Positions 11,401-22,100 of a DNA stretch of 64,000 nucleotides are shown in pieces (position 1 is the first letter of the stretch; each line of letters opens with the position of its first letter). A program made the translations under genes and the position numbers. Under the pieces are notes generated by a model, which searched no databases, was not told the DNA's origin, and worked only from the letters and a program-made list of their open reading frames with translations. The DNA is from Aulosira sp. ZfuVER01 (GTDB lineage Bacteria; Cyanobacteriota; Cyanobacteriia; Cyanobacteriales; Nostocaceae). The stretch covers positions 98,936 through 162,935 of the forward strand of contig JAVRCV020000079.1 in assembly GCA_034530615.2 (NCBI GenBank), given 5' to 3'.

Positions 11401-13309
11401 TCCAGAAACTGTATGCGCGCTTGGTTTGACAGAAACCATTGCAGAACCTATTCCCGAAGCACCATTACCAACACCTGCAACCATAGTTCCCACGACTGTA
11501 TCTGCACCGCAACAAATTGCTGCTCAACCTGTTGTTGCATCCAGTTTCTTGGAAACTGTGATTAATCAGCAGCTACAAATCATGACTCAACAATTGGCGT
11601 TACTGGGTAACAACAATTTATCCCTAACAACGCCAGTTGTTCCGACAGTATCCACTCCGCAAAATACTATATCTGTAACCCCCACCCAAACTCCCAAAGA
11701 AGCAAAACCAACAGTAGAAGCTGAATCCAACGGCGCTAAAAAGGCATTTGGTGCAGCAGCGCGAATTGAAAAAACCCAGAAAACTCTGACAACAGCACAA
11801 CGCGCTTATCTAGATAAATTTATCCAACGATATACAAAACGGACGCAACAATCCAAAGAATATACCCAATCTCATCGCCGTTACTTGGCAGATCCCAGAA
11901 GTGTTTCTGGCTTCAACCCCACGATGAAAGAGATGGTTTACCCGATTGTGGTATCTCGTTCATCAGGTTCTAAACTTTGGGATATTGACGGTAACGAATA
12001 TGTTGATTTAAGTAATGGTTTTGGTTTGAATTTATTTGGTTGGTCACCAGCTTTCATTACTGAAGCAATTGAAGCCCAACTGAAACTGGGTATGGAAATC
12101 GGCCCCCAAACTCCTTTGGTGGGAGAAGTCGCAAAGTTAATGTGTGAATTAACCAACTTTGACCGCGCCGCTTTTTGCAACACAGGCTCAGAAGCTGTTT
12201 TAGGGGCGATGCGGTTGGCGCGAACAATCACAGGTCGTAACTTAATCGCCATCTTTTCAGGAGCCTATCACGGCATTTTAGATGAAGTCATTGTTCGCGG
12301 TAGCAAGCAACTGCGGTCAATTCCCGCCGCGCCTGGTATTCCTCCAGAAAAAGTAGAGAATATTTTGGTACTAGATTATGATTCACCCGAATCCTTAGAA
12401 ATCCTCAAAAGTCGGGCTGATGAATTAGCTGGGGTGATGGTGGAATCTGTACAAAGCCGCCGCCCAGAATACCAACCCAAAGAATTCTTGCAGCAATTGC
12501 GTCAGTTCACTGAAGAGGCTGATATTGCTCTAATTTTTGATGAAATCGTTACTGGATTTAGAATTCATCCCGGTGGCGCGCAAGCTCACTTCGGTATTAA
12601 AGCTGACATTGCTACCTACGGTAAGATAGTCGGCGGTGGGCTACCGATTGGGGTCATTGCTGGGACATCAAAATATATGGATGCTCTAGATGGTGGCTTT
12701 TGGCAGTATGGTGATGATTCAGTTCCAGAAGTAGGTGTCACTTACTTTGCTGGTACTTTCGTCCGCCATCCCCTAGCACTAGCAGCCGCAAAAGCAGTAC
12801 TACAACATTTAAAGCAGAGTGGCCCTAGTTTACAGCAAAACCTCAATGCGAGAACCGATAAGTTTGTAGCAGAAATTATGGCTTGTTTCCAACAAGTAAA
12901 AGCACCCTTCACAGCCTATAATTTCGGTTCCCTATTCATGGTGAAACCTGCGCCAGAGTTCATCTATGGAGATTTGTTCTTTTACTTGATGCGGGAAAAG
13001 GGAGTGCATATTTGGGATCACCGTCCTTGCTTCCTCACCACAGCCCATTCCGAAGCTGATTTGGCTTTTGTGATGACGGTCTTTAAAGAGAGTCTTGCTG
13101 AAATGCAAGCTGCTGGCTTCTTTGCTACACCTGCTGAAGAAGTCACAAGCCGCAGCCAAAATGCAGTTGTCGTTACCAATAACAGCCTCCGCAATTGTCC
13201 TCCCCAACCTGGTGCAAAATTAGGACGCGATCCGCAAGGTAACCCCTCTTGGTATATCCCCGATCCTGAGCGTCCTGGGAAATATTTACAAGTCGCCGGT
13301 GTTTCCTAG
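8417..13309 (+). CDS. Type I PKS KS-AT-ACP fused to a class III (GSA-type) aminotransferase
   Basis: KS triad TACSTS/HGTAT/NVGHL; AT GHSIG and HAFH (malonyl type); ACP GLDSL; aminotransferase FDEIVTGFR and TYGKIVGGG. Confidence 0.95.
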   Translation: MVNIQASDSQDPIDGIAIIGMVGRFPGARNVDELWRNLCEGVESTTFFAEEELDPSIDPNLCKDASYVKARGTIPGGETFDAAFFGINPSEAVVMDPQARVFLELVYEALENAGYESESFDGLIGLYAGCGQNTYFANHICGRMEIVDRIGEFQTMLANEKDFLTTRAAYKLNLKGPAVSVNTACSTSLVAIIQACQALSNYQCDMALAGGVSMTTPQNSGYIAQEGSMLSGDGHCRPFDVNAQGTMFNNGAGIVALKRLEDALQDGDRIYAVIRGLGINNDGGDKVSFTAPSVDGQAEAIAMAQAYANIHPETISYIEAHGTATPLGDPIEIEALTQAFRVHTDAKQFCAIGSVKSNVGHLVAAAGVTGLIKTALSLYQKKLPPSLNFTAPNPKIDFANSPFYVNTKLVEWPEGETPRRAGVSSFGVGGTNAHVVLEEAPQIQHSGASRPQQLLLLSAKTSQALDAATANLQQHLQYNAEINLADVAYTLQRGRKAFNYRRYVVCHDITNAIASLQSLDPNQVSTRYTEIRNPPVAFMFPGQGSQYVNMGLNLYNREPVFREVVDRCAEILKPLLGRDLREIMYPALGDRETAAISLKQTFFTQPALFVIEYALAQLWQSWGVKPQAMIGHSIGEFVAACIAGVFSLEDALLLVATRGRLMWELPGGAMLSVRLPAKEVEPRLSAELAIAAINGPSLCVVAGPTDAIASLQQQLESEEIVCRHLHTSHAFHSPMMDSIVAPFAEVVGQVKLSAPQIPFVSTVTANWITDEQATNPMYWANHLRQTVRFAEGVQTLWQQPERVLLEVGPRATTATLARQQAKDIKQQIAIASLSDNAENNAEWNALLKAVGQLWLAGVTIDWSNFYQDETRQRIPLPTYPFERQRFWIDPLPHPNRTKTAQLPNPQSVEKPATMSSPKQKLIPLLKEVLEETSGLEIAGFDESTTFLEMGLDSLSLTQVGLALKKKFKVKVTLRQLLEVCPNLGTLADLVNEGLSPETVCALGLTETIAEPIPEAPLPTPATIVPTTVSAPQQIAAQPVVASSFLETVINQQLQIMTQQLALLGNNNLSLTTPVVPTVSTPQNTISVTPTQTPKEAKPTVEAESNGAKKAFGAAARIEKTQKTLTTAQRAYLDKFIQRYTKRTQQSKEYTQSHRRYLADPRSVSGFNPTMKEMVYPIVVSRSSGSKLWDIDGNEYVDLSNGFGLNLFGWSPAFITEAIEAQLKLGMEIGPQTPLVGEVAKLMCELTNFDRAAFCNTGSEAVLGAMRLARTITGRNLIAIFSGAYHGILDEVIVRGSKQLRSIPAAPGIPPEKVENILVLDYDSPESLEILKSRADELAGVMVESVQSRRPEYQPKEFLQQLRQFTEEADIALIFDEIVTGFRIHPGGAQAHFGIKADIATYGKIVGGGLPIGVIAGTSKYMDALDGGFWQYGDDSVPEVGVTYFAGTFVRHPLALAAAKAVLQHLKQSGPSLQQNLNARTDKFVAEIMACFQQVKAPFTAYNFGSLFMVKPAPEFIYGDLFFYLMREKGVHIWDHRPCFLTTAHSEADLAFVMTVFKESLAEMQAAGFFATPAEEVTSRSQNAVVVTNNSLRNCPPQPGAKLGRDPQGNPSWYIPDPERPGKYLQVAGVS

Positions 13310-13322
13310 CGTGTTTTAAAAC

Positions 13323-13377
13323 TTTGGCGTTGCATATTGTTGGGATGATTTGTTTAATCTACTTCAGCAACGCCAAA
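13323..13377. repeat. Inverted-repeat hairpin after the PKS gene (tttggcgttgc...gcaacgccaaa)
   Basis: Perfect 11-bp arms. Confidence 0.55.
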
Positions 13378-13444
13378 CATCAATCCCACAGAAAAATATT
13401 GAGAGTCAGTCATTTTTGCAAATACTTACCAATCAAGATTTTTT

Positions 13445-14467
13445 ATGCCAGTTGATAATTTACTTGAAAGTATTTCTATTCAGTCCGATTCAAAACTTCC
13501 TGAACAAATCATTCAAGCTGAACCTTTAAGCTTTAAAGAAAATTTCAACTCTTCTCACTTCATGTTTTCTCATAACCTGGCGGGACATCCTTTGTTTGAA
13601 ATTCCCCGCTTGGTTGAGTTGGCTGATACTATCCTCAGTCAGGGGAGAACGAACAAAATTCAGACTTATACCAGCAGAGTCCCTGTTGAGCAAAAGTGGA
13701 ATCATCGACCCAGAATCAAGCAAATTTCCGAAGTTAAGGAAGCGATCGCAGAAATTGCGGAATCAGATTCCTGGGTGATGCTGGAAGATGTGCAAGTAGA
13801 CCCACAATACGCCGCTTTGCTTGACCAAATCTTCACTGAACTCGAAATTCTTACAGGTAGACCGCTTCGCCAAGAAATGACTTGGTTCGGTGCTTACATC
13901 TTTATTGCTTCTCCCCATTCTGTTACGCCTTACCATATCGATAGCGAGTTGAACTTCCTCTTTCAGATTCATGGCGAAAAACAGATGAGTCTCTTCGATC
14001 AAAACGATCGTTCTGTACTCAGCGAGGAAGCAATCGAAAAATTTTACATGGGCGAGCTAAATGTAGCTAATTATCAAGAAGAGAATCAAATTAAAGCCAG
14101 CGTTTACGATTTACAACCAGGTAAAGGATTGCATCATCCAATACTGGCACCTCATTGGGCTAAAAATGGTAGTCAGGTTTCTGTGGCTTTAAGTATCCTC
14201 TTTTATCTGCGACCTTATGATTTGAAAGCCAGAGTCTATCAAGTCAACAACTACCTGCGCCAACTCGGATTAGAACCTACCCCACCAGGAAAATCTGCAC
14301 TGCTTGACCAAATCAAAATCTCTGCTTTAGGTCTTTTGTGCGATCGCCAGCCAAAAAGTAAATTTGCAATCCCACGTTCTGGAGCATTAAGACTCAAATC
14401 AATTGAGAAAAGGCTCAAACAATTTACTAACAAAATCGTGAATAAAATTAAAAATTTATCAAAATAG
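13445..14467 (+). CDS. JmjC/cupin-like protein, possible Fe(II)/2-oxoglutarate oxygenase
   Basis: TPYHIDSE...NFLFQIHGEK...LQPGKGL...APHW: HxD...H triad in a cupin-like context. Confidence 0.75.
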   Translation: MPVDNLLESISIQSDSKLPEQIIQAEPLSFKENFNSSHFMFSHNLAGHPLFEIPRLVELADTILSQGRTNKIQTYTSRVPVEQKWNHRPRIKQISEVKEAIAEIAESDSWVMLEDVQVDPQYAALLDQIFTELEILTGRPLRQEMTWFGAYIFIASPHSVTPYHIDSELNFLFQIHGEKQMSLFDQNDRSVLSEEAIEKFYMGELNVANYQEENQIKASVYDLQPGKGLHHPILAPHWAKNGSQVSVALSILFYLRPYDLKARVYQVNNYLRQLGLEPTPPGKSALLDQIKISALGLLCDRQPKSKFAIPRSGALRLKSIEKRLKQFTNKIVNKIKNLSK

Positions 14468-14515
14468 TATAAGCATAAATTTGTATCTGAAGATAAATTA
14501 GATAGCAAAATATCA

Positions 14516-15655
14516 ATGTACAAACATATTAATTCGCTCACCTCTCTACGAGGTATTGCATCTGTAGTTGTTGTTATCCATCATTTCTCTTACTACACAT
14601 TACCTAAAACTGGTTCAACTTTATCAACATATAGCAATTTTTTTCATAATGGATATTTGTGGGTAGACTTCTTTTTTATGTTGAGTGGTTTTATCATGAC
14701 CCACGTTTATGCTAGAGATTTTTCTACAAAAGTGACTTCAGATAATTATCGCTCATACTTACTCTCACGTTTTGCAAGAATTTATCCTCTACATATATTT
14801 ATCTTGTCTTTATTCGTTGGATTAGAGATTTTTAAAACATTTTTACTGCATCATTTTGTATTCACGGGTAAGTTTAACTTAACAGCATTATTTGCCAATA
14901 TTTTTCTTCTCCAAGCCTTTGACCTCAACTGTCCACCTTTATTTTGGTGTAATACCTACTGGAATGAACCTGCGTGGTCAATTAGTGTAGAGTTTTTTAT
15001 TTACTGTATATTTCCTTTTTTATTGTTTTTTCTATTAAAGAATAGTTATAAAAATGATTTGATGATTTATCTTTCTAGCCTCATAGGTATATTATTATTA
15101 GTTACTTTTACTCGTGGGAATTTAGATAGTATTATCGGTGTACCTGCGATAGCTAGATGCGGACTAGAATGTGTACTTGGCATTATCACTTACAAAGTCT
15201 ATCGTCGAGGTAATTATCAAAAGTATTTCAATCTGAATTTACTGGCAATCATAGCTATAACTTGGATAATGCTAATTATGCATAATTACTGGCATCATTG
15301 GCGTAGTCTTCATGACTGCCTGATTTTACCTGCTTTTTCTTTACTAATTTTAGCTGTAGCAGTCAATAATAAGGGTGTGATATCAAAATTTTTAAATTCA
15401 CAGCTAATGCTATATCTCGGAACAATATCTTACTCAGTTTATCTAGTTCATTGGTTTATTCAAGAAGTAATTAAATTTTCCTGGGTTTATGAATTTAACG
15501 AAATTTTTGGACAAAGTTTTACTGGATTGGAAAACTTTCTAGCTCTAGGAGTATTTCTAACCATCACCTTATTACTTGCATCACTAACATATAGATTTGT
15601 AGAGGTTCCTATGCGTAAATATTTAAAGTCAAAACTCTTAGCTAACCAGTATTGA
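14516..15655 (+). CDS. Membrane acyltransferase family 3 (OafA-like)
   Basis: LTSLRGIA, VDFFFMLSGF, RFARIYP, WSISVE, LGTISYSVYLVH, YRFVEVP; multiple TM segments. Confidence 0.9.
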   Translation: MYKHINSLTSLRGIASVVVVIHHFSYYTLPKTGSTLSTYSNFFHNGYLWVDFFFMLSGFIMTHVYARDFSTKVTSDNYRSYLLSRFARIYPLHIFILSLFVGLEIFKTFLLHHFVFTGKFNLTALFANIFLLQAFDLNCPPLFWCNTYWNEPAWSISVEFFIYCIFPFLLFFLLKNSYKNDLMIYLSSLIGILLLVTFTRGNLDSIIGVPAIARCGLECVLGIITYKVYRRGNYQKYFNLNLLAIIAITWIMLIMHNYWHHWRSLHDCLILPAFSLLILAVAVNNKGVISKFLNSQLMLYLGTISYSVYLVHWFIQEVIKFSWVYEFNEIFGQSFTGLENFLALGVFLTITLLLASLTYRFVEVPMRKYLKSKLLANQY

Positions 15656-15725
15656 TTATCAGCAGTTGCTCGCAACGGAAATCCGTCCAAACCCATTAAA
15701 TAACTTGAGAAAATAAGAAATTTTT

Positions 15726-18700
15726 ATGACTTTATCACCTGTAAATTTCCAGTCTGAATTAACTGCTGTTGAGTTTGACCCATTTGCAGAGGGAGAATTA
15801 CTATTAACTGCTCCTGCTACTGAATCTCAAAAAGAAATTTGGGCTTCTGTGCAAATGGGAGATGCTGCCAATTGTGCTTATAACGAATCCCAATCTCTGC
15901 GATTCAAAGGCGAACTAGATACCACAGTTTTTCAGTCTGCACTGCAAGAGTTAGTGCTACGTCATGAAGCGCTCAGGACAACTTTTAGCACAGATGGTAA
16001 TACACTCTGCATTGTTGGTTCTTTGCAAATTGAAATCCCGATTATTGATATTTCTAGCCTTGAACCACAAGAGCAAAAAGAAAAATTAGCTAGTATCAGA
16101 CGACAAGAAGTAGAAAAGCCTTTTGATTTGGAACATGGTCCTCTATTCCGGGCGCAAATTATCAAATTGCAGCCGCAAGAACATATAACTATTTTGACTG
16201 CTCATCATATTATTTGTGATGGTTGGTCTTGGGCTGTGCTGATGCCAGATTTGGGTAAACTGTATTCTGGCTTGCTAGAGGGTATTGTTCCAGAGTTAGA
16301 AGAAAGCGATCGCCTCAGTGATTATGCTGTTTTACAAGAAGAAGAGGTGGATAGCCCAGAAGCGATCGCCACTGAACAATATTGGCTAGAACAATTCGCT
16401 GACTCTGTACCTGTACTAGATTTCCCCTGCGATCGCCCTCGCCCACATATCAGAACTTTTAACGCCGCGCGAGAAGATTCGCAATTAAATCCGCAACTAG
16501 TTGCAGATCTCAAACAGCTAGGCACAAAATTTGGTTGTAGTTTTATGACTACTATCCTGGCAGGATTTGAGGCTTGGCTACACCGTATCACCGGACAAAA
16601 TGACTTGGTTGTCGGTATTCCCGCCGCCGGACAAGCTGCTTTAGGGCAATATAATCTCGTAGGACACTGTGTAAATTTATTACCACTGCGTAGCCAAATT
16701 AATGGCGCAAAATCTTTCAGCGAATATTTGCAAAGCCGTCGTTCTAATGTTTTAGATGCCTACGATCATCAACAATTTACCTTTGGTAGTCTAGTTAAAA
16801 AATTAAGTATTCCACGGGATTCTAGCCGGATTCCCTTGGTTCCCATTACATTTAATATCGATCAAGGTTTAGATAGCGATAAGCTCCCCTTTGCAGGGTT
16901 AGAGGTAGAGTTTTTCTCTAATCCTCGTTCCTTTGAGAACTTTGAACTATTTATTAATGCTACAGAATTACGCGGTCAACTAACTCTGGAATGTCAGTAC
17001 AACACTAATTTATTTGATGCTGACACTATCCGCCGCCGGATGGCAGAGTTTGAAACTTTGTTGCATGGTATAGTTGCAAACCCCAATCAAACTATTGCGA
17101 AATTGCCGATTTTGCCAGCAGTTGAGCAACAGCTATTAGCAGCATGGAACCAAACTCAAACCAACTATCCTCAAGATAAATCCATCCATCAATTATTTGA
17201 GGAACAGGTAGCGCGTACTCCTGATGCTGTAGCTTTGGTATTTCAAGGACAGCAACTTACTTACCGAGAGTTAAATACTCGCGCTAATCAATTAGCACAA
17301 TACCTACAAACATTAGGAGTAGGCGCAGATGTGCTGGTGGGAATCTGCGTGGAACGCTCATTAGAAATGATAGTAGGTCTATTAGGTATCCTCAAAGCAG
17401 GTGGGGCTTATGTACCTTTAGATCCGGGTTATCCTCAAGAACGTTTGGCGTTCATGCTTGCGGATACCCAAATTAAATTATTAGTCACCCAAAAACGACT
17501 AGTTGAAAAACTACCTACTCATACTGCAAATATCATTTGCTTGGATGCAGATTGGCATACTATCAGCCAACAAGCAACAGAGAATTTAATTACTAATGTC
17601 AAGCCTCATAACTTGGCTTATGTAATGTATACCTCTGGTTCTACAGGTACACCCAAAGGTGTTAGTGTTATTCATCAAGGTGTAGTCAGGTTAGTTAAAG
17701 AAACTAACTATGTCAGCCTCACTGAAAAAGAAGTATTTCTGCAAATTAGTCCTGTTTCTTTTGACGCTTCCACTTTTGAAATTTGGGGTTGTTTACTTAA
17801 CGGTGGCAAATTAGTTATCTTCCCTCCTCATACTCCATCTTTAGATGAATTAGGGGGAATTATTCAGCAATACCAAGTAACAACTCTCTGGCTGACAGCG
17901 GGTTTATTCCACTTGATAGTTGATGAAAAAATTGAGGCTTTAAAACCCTTGCGTCAACTGTTAGCTGGTGGTGATGTTTTATCTGTTCCTCACGTTCAGA
18001 AATTTCTCAATACAGTAGAAAACTGTAAATTAATTAATGGTTACGGGCCGACAGAAAGTACAACTTTTACTTCCTGTTATGAAATCACAGCGCCATTAAA
18101 GCCAGGGGCTTCTATTCCTATCGGTCGTCCAATTGCTAATACCCAAGTTTATATTTTGGACTCCTATTTACAACAAGTCCCCATTGGCATTACAGGTGAG
18201 TTGTATATTGGTGGTGATGGTTTAGCACGAGAATATTTCAATCGCCCAGATTTAACTGCTGAGAGATTTATTGCTAACCCCTTGAGCGCAGATTCTCAAT
18301 CACGCTTATATAAGAGTGGTGACTTGGCGCGCTATTTGCCTAATGGCGAGATTGAATACCTCGGTCGAATTGACAATCAGGTAAAAGTTAGTGGTTTCCG
18401 CATTGAATTGGGTGAAATTGAAATCGCACTTTTACAATCTCCGCTAGTGAAAGAAGCTGTAGTAATTGTGCGTGAAGATTCTCCTGGTGAGAAAGTGCTA
18501 GTTGGGTATTTTGTAGCTGAAACTAATGAAGATAGTCCGCAAATCATCTCAGAATTACGGCGATTCTTAAAACAACAATTGCCTGAGTATATGGTGCCAA
18601 AGATTTTTGTGGCACTAGAAGCTTTACCTTTGAATGCAAATGGCAAAGTAGATCGCCGCGCCTTGCCAAAGCCTGATGCTTATAGTCCAGAACTAGAAGC

Positions 18701-19007
18701 AAATTATGTTGCACCTCGTACTCCCATTGAGCAGCAAATTGCAGATATCTGGACACAGGTTTTAAATGTCAAGCAGGTGGGAATTTATGACAACTTTTTT
18801 GAATTGGGCGGATATTCTCTCCTCGGAATTCAAGTAATTTCTCGTCTGAGACAGGCTTTGCAAGTAGAAATTTTGATGTCCAATTTATTTGAATTACCCA
18901 CGGTAGCAGATTTGGCTGAACGAGTGGAAACTCTGCGTTGGGCTGCCCAAGGTATTCAAGCTGCTGAGAGTGATTCAGCAGATGATTACGAAGAAGGTGA
19001 GCTTTGA
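15726..19007 (+). CDS. NRPS elongation module C-A-PCP (Val-like specificity code)
   Basis: C motif HHIICDGWS intact; A core motifs intact, code about DAFWLGGTFK; PCP FFELGGYSL; acidic C-terminal tail DDYEEGEL. Confidence 0.95.
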   Translation: MTLSPVNFQSELTAVEFDPFAEGELLLTAPATESQKEIWASVQMGDAANCAYNESQSLRFKGELDTTVFQSALQELVLRHEALRTTFSTDGNTLCIVGSLQIEIPIIDISSLEPQEQKEKLASIRRQEVEKPFDLEHGPLFRAQIIKLQPQEHITILTAHHIICDGWSWAVLMPDLGKLYSGLLEGIVPELEESDRLSDYAVLQEEEVDSPEAIATEQYWLEQFADSVPVLDFPCDRPRPHIRTFNAAREDSQLNPQLVADLKQLGTKFGCSFMTTILAGFEAWLHRITGQNDLVVGIPAAGQAALGQYNLVGHCVNLLPLRSQINGAKSFSEYLQSRRSNVLDAYDHQQFTFGSLVKKLSIPRDSSRIPLVPITFNIDQGLDSDKLPFAGLEVEFFSNPRSFENFELFINATELRGQLTLECQYNTNLFDADTIRRRMAEFETLLHGIVANPNQTIAKLPILPAVEQQLLAAWNQTQTNYPQDKSIHQLFEEQVARTPDAVALVFQGQQLTYRELNTRANQLAQYLQTLGVGADVLVGICVERSLEMIVGLLGILKAGGAYVPLDPGYPQERLAFMLADTQIKLLVTQKRLVEKLPTHTANIICLDADWHTISQQATENLITNVKPHNLAYVMYTSGSTGTPKGVSVIHQGVVRLVKETNYVSLTEKEVFLQISPVSFDASTFEIWGCLLNGGKLVIFPPHTPSLDELGGIIQQYQVTTLWLTAGLFHLIVDEKIEALKPLRQLLAGGDVLSVPHVQKFLNTVENCKLINGYGPTESTTFTSCYEITAPLKPGASIPIGRPIANTQVYILDSYLQQVPIGITGELYIGGDGLAREYFNRPDLTAERFIANPLSADSQSRLYKSGDLARYLPNGEIEYLGRIDNQVKVSGFRIELGEIEIALLQSPLVKEAVVIVREDSPGEKVLVGYFVAETNEDSPQIISELRRFLKQQLPEYMVPKIFVALEALPLNANGKVDRRALPKPDAYSPELEANYVAPRTPIEQQIADIWTQVLNVKQVGIYDNFFELGGYSLLGIQVISRLRQALQVEILMSNLFELPTVADLAERVETLRWAAQGIQAAESDSADDYEEGEL

Positions 19008-19101
19008 TCCTTCTATAGCTAATCAGGTTTGGTGAGGGAAGGGGAGAAATCCCTATTCCCATTACCAATTACCCACACAGCCACATTTTCCACGAGGTTT
19101 T

Positions 19102-22100
19102 ATGAAAACATTGGATGAACTACTATCTGAGCTACGCCAGCGCGATGTCAAACTTTGGTTAGAGGGCGATCGCCTGCGTTATCGCGCAGCAAAAGACAGC
19201 CTAACGCCAGAATTGCTGAACGAGTTAAAAACGCAAAAAGCCGAAATTATCAACTTTCTGCGTCAAGTTACCACAGTCACTACTGCCAAAATTCCGCCAA
19301 TTGTCGTTTGTGAAAGAACTGGTAATTTGCCCGTTTCTTTTGGACAGCAACGCTTGTGGTTTCTGCATCAGTTTGAACCCAATAGTTCCTCAAATAATAT
19401 GCCCGTGGTGGTGCGGTTTACGGGGAATCTCAATGTTGCTGTGTTGGAGGAAAGTTTGCGAGAAGTTGTCCGTCGTCATGAAGTATTGCGGACAACTTTT
19501 CCGGCTGTGAATGGTAAGCCGACTCAAGTCATCGCCACGGATGTTTCCTTGAAGCTACCAGTTATTGACTTACAGCAAGTACCAGAAGAACAAAGAGAGA
19601 CAGAAGCTCACATCTTAGCAACTAAAGAAGCTCATCAACCTTTTGATTTAGCTAATGGGCCAGTTTTGCGAGTGCTGCTGCTGCGGTTGAGCGATCGCGA
19701 ACATCTGCTGATTTGGAATATGCACAGTATAGTTTGCGATGGTGCTTCTTCTGATGTGTTCTATCAAGACTTTACTACCATCTACAAAGCACTTTCAGCC
19801 GGTCAGCTTTCGCCTTTACCGCCCTTACCAGTACAGTATGCTGATTTTACTCATTGGCAACATCAATGGCTGCAAGGTGAAGTTTTAGAGTCACAGGTAA
19901 ACTACTGGAAGCAAAAGCTAGAAGGCCATTTACCGATTATAGACTTACCTTACGATCATCCTCGTCCTCAAGGAGCGCAAACATACCGAGGCGATCGCGC
20001 GGCGCTGTTACTACCCAAGGCGCTCAACCATGCGTTGACAGACTTGAGTCAAAAATGGGGAGCCACCCTGTTTATGACTTTATTAACAGTGTTTGAGTTA
20101 TTGCTTTACCGCTATTCTGGGCAAGAAGATTTACTAGTTAGCTTTGCCAGTGCTGGACGCGGACAAGTTGAAACCGAAAGACTGGTTGGATTTTTCTCGA
20201 ATACTTTGGTACTGCGGAGTAACTTAGCTGGTAATCCCACTTTCCGAGAATTATTAGACCGAGTACGTAAGGATTGTTTAGAAGCTTATAGCCATCAAGA
20301 TTTACCTTTTGAAAGACTTATTGAAGAACTTAAACCAGAACAACAAAGCCGTAATACTTCCTCACTATTTCAAGTAAAATTCTCCCTCAATCCGCCTTGG
20401 TCAAATGGTCGTGGTATGGCAGCGGTAGAACTGCCCGATTTGACGATCGCTTCTCTATTTGGCTACATATATCATGGTAAGACCAAATACGATCTGACAT
20501 TGGTATTACGGGAACAGGATAATGGTCTGGGCATGGTATTCGATTACAATGCCGATATGTTTGATACCAGTACCGTAGAGCGGATGCTGGGACATTACAA
20601 AACTTTACTGGAAGGTATTGTTGCCAACCCAGATCGGCCGATTTCGGAGTTACCGCTGTTAACAGCTGGGGAACAGCAATTATTAGTTGATTGGCATGGC
20701 AAACAAGCTGATTATCCCCAAGATATTTGCATACATCAGTATTTTGAGAATCAAGTTAAACTCACTCCCAATAATATTGCAGTCAGTTTTGCAAATCAGC
20801 AGTTCACCTATCTAGAACTCAATCACCGCGCAAACCAGCTAGCTCACTATTTGCAAACTTTAGGCGTAGGAGCCGGAGTAAATGTCGGTTTGTATTTAGA
20901 GCCTTCCCTAGACACGATTGTGGGGCTATTGGGTATTTTAAAAGCCGGGGGAACCTATGTAGCGATCGCACCGACATCTGGGGCTGAGATTTTAGCAGAT
21001 GCTCAAGTATCTTTTCTCTTAACTCAAAGTTCCTTAGTTAAGAGAGTTCCTGAGCATCAGGTGCAAGTTATCTGTATAGATACTGAATTAAAAAGTATCA
21101 CTATTTACTCAACTGAAAATCCAGTTTGTCAGGCTACAGGGGAGAATCTCGCCTGTGTAATGTATGTTTCTGGCGTAAATGGTGTAGTGATTACACACAG
21201 CAATCTTGTTACCCACAGCCTTGCAATCAGCGAAACTTGGGAATTGGCAAAGAGCGATCGCGTCTTACTTCAACCTAGTCTCAGAGGCGATACGTTTATT
21301 GAATCACTCTTTCCTACTTGGGTTACAGGTGCTACTGCAATTCTGCAATCTCAAGAAGTACAAAACTCAGCGGCGCAGTTTTTCTCATTCGTTGCTCAAC
21401 AACAAATTACCGTTGTTAATTTAGCTACTGCTTTTTGGTATGAGTTAGTCAAAGAATTATCTGCATCTCCTCAAACCTTACCAGCTAGTTTGCGTTTAGT
21501 GATGGTTGGTGGCGAAAAAGTCTCCCGCAATGCTTATTTAACTTGGGTAGAAAAGGTTGGTAAGCAAGTACGCTGGCTGAATGCTTATGGAACGCTAGAA
21601 ACGACTTTAACCGCCACGGTTTACGATCCGGAGACTGCGACGGAAGCTAGTGAAACACGCTCAGAAATTCCTCTAGGAAAAGCGATCGCTAATACCCAAG
21701 TTTACATCCTCGATAAGCGATCGCAACCTATACCCATCGGCGTGACTGGTGAAATATACATCAGTGGTATTGGTGTTGCTCAAGGCTATTTCAACCGTCC
21801 GGAGTTAACATCTGAGAAATTTATCCCTAATCCCTTTAGCAGCGAATCTGGAGCATATCTTTACAGAACTGGCGATTTAGGACGCTACTTAAGTGATGGC
21901 AATATTGAGTTTGTGGGAAGTTTAGATAATCAAGCCAAAATTTGCCTGAATACAACTAATACTCAAATAGAAAAAATATTTGTTCCAGCAGAAGACCAAT
22001 TGCAAATTCAGTTAACAGAAATTTGGGAGAATTTCTTAGGCATTCATCCTATTGGCATCACAGACAACTTTTTTGACTTAGGTGGACACTCACTAATTGC

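Noticed and set aside
8417..13309. Assignment to microcystin/nodularin (mcyE/ndaF)
   Set aside because: Shares KS-AT-ACP-AMT but lacks the methyltransferase, the fused C-A modules and all other mcy/nda genes
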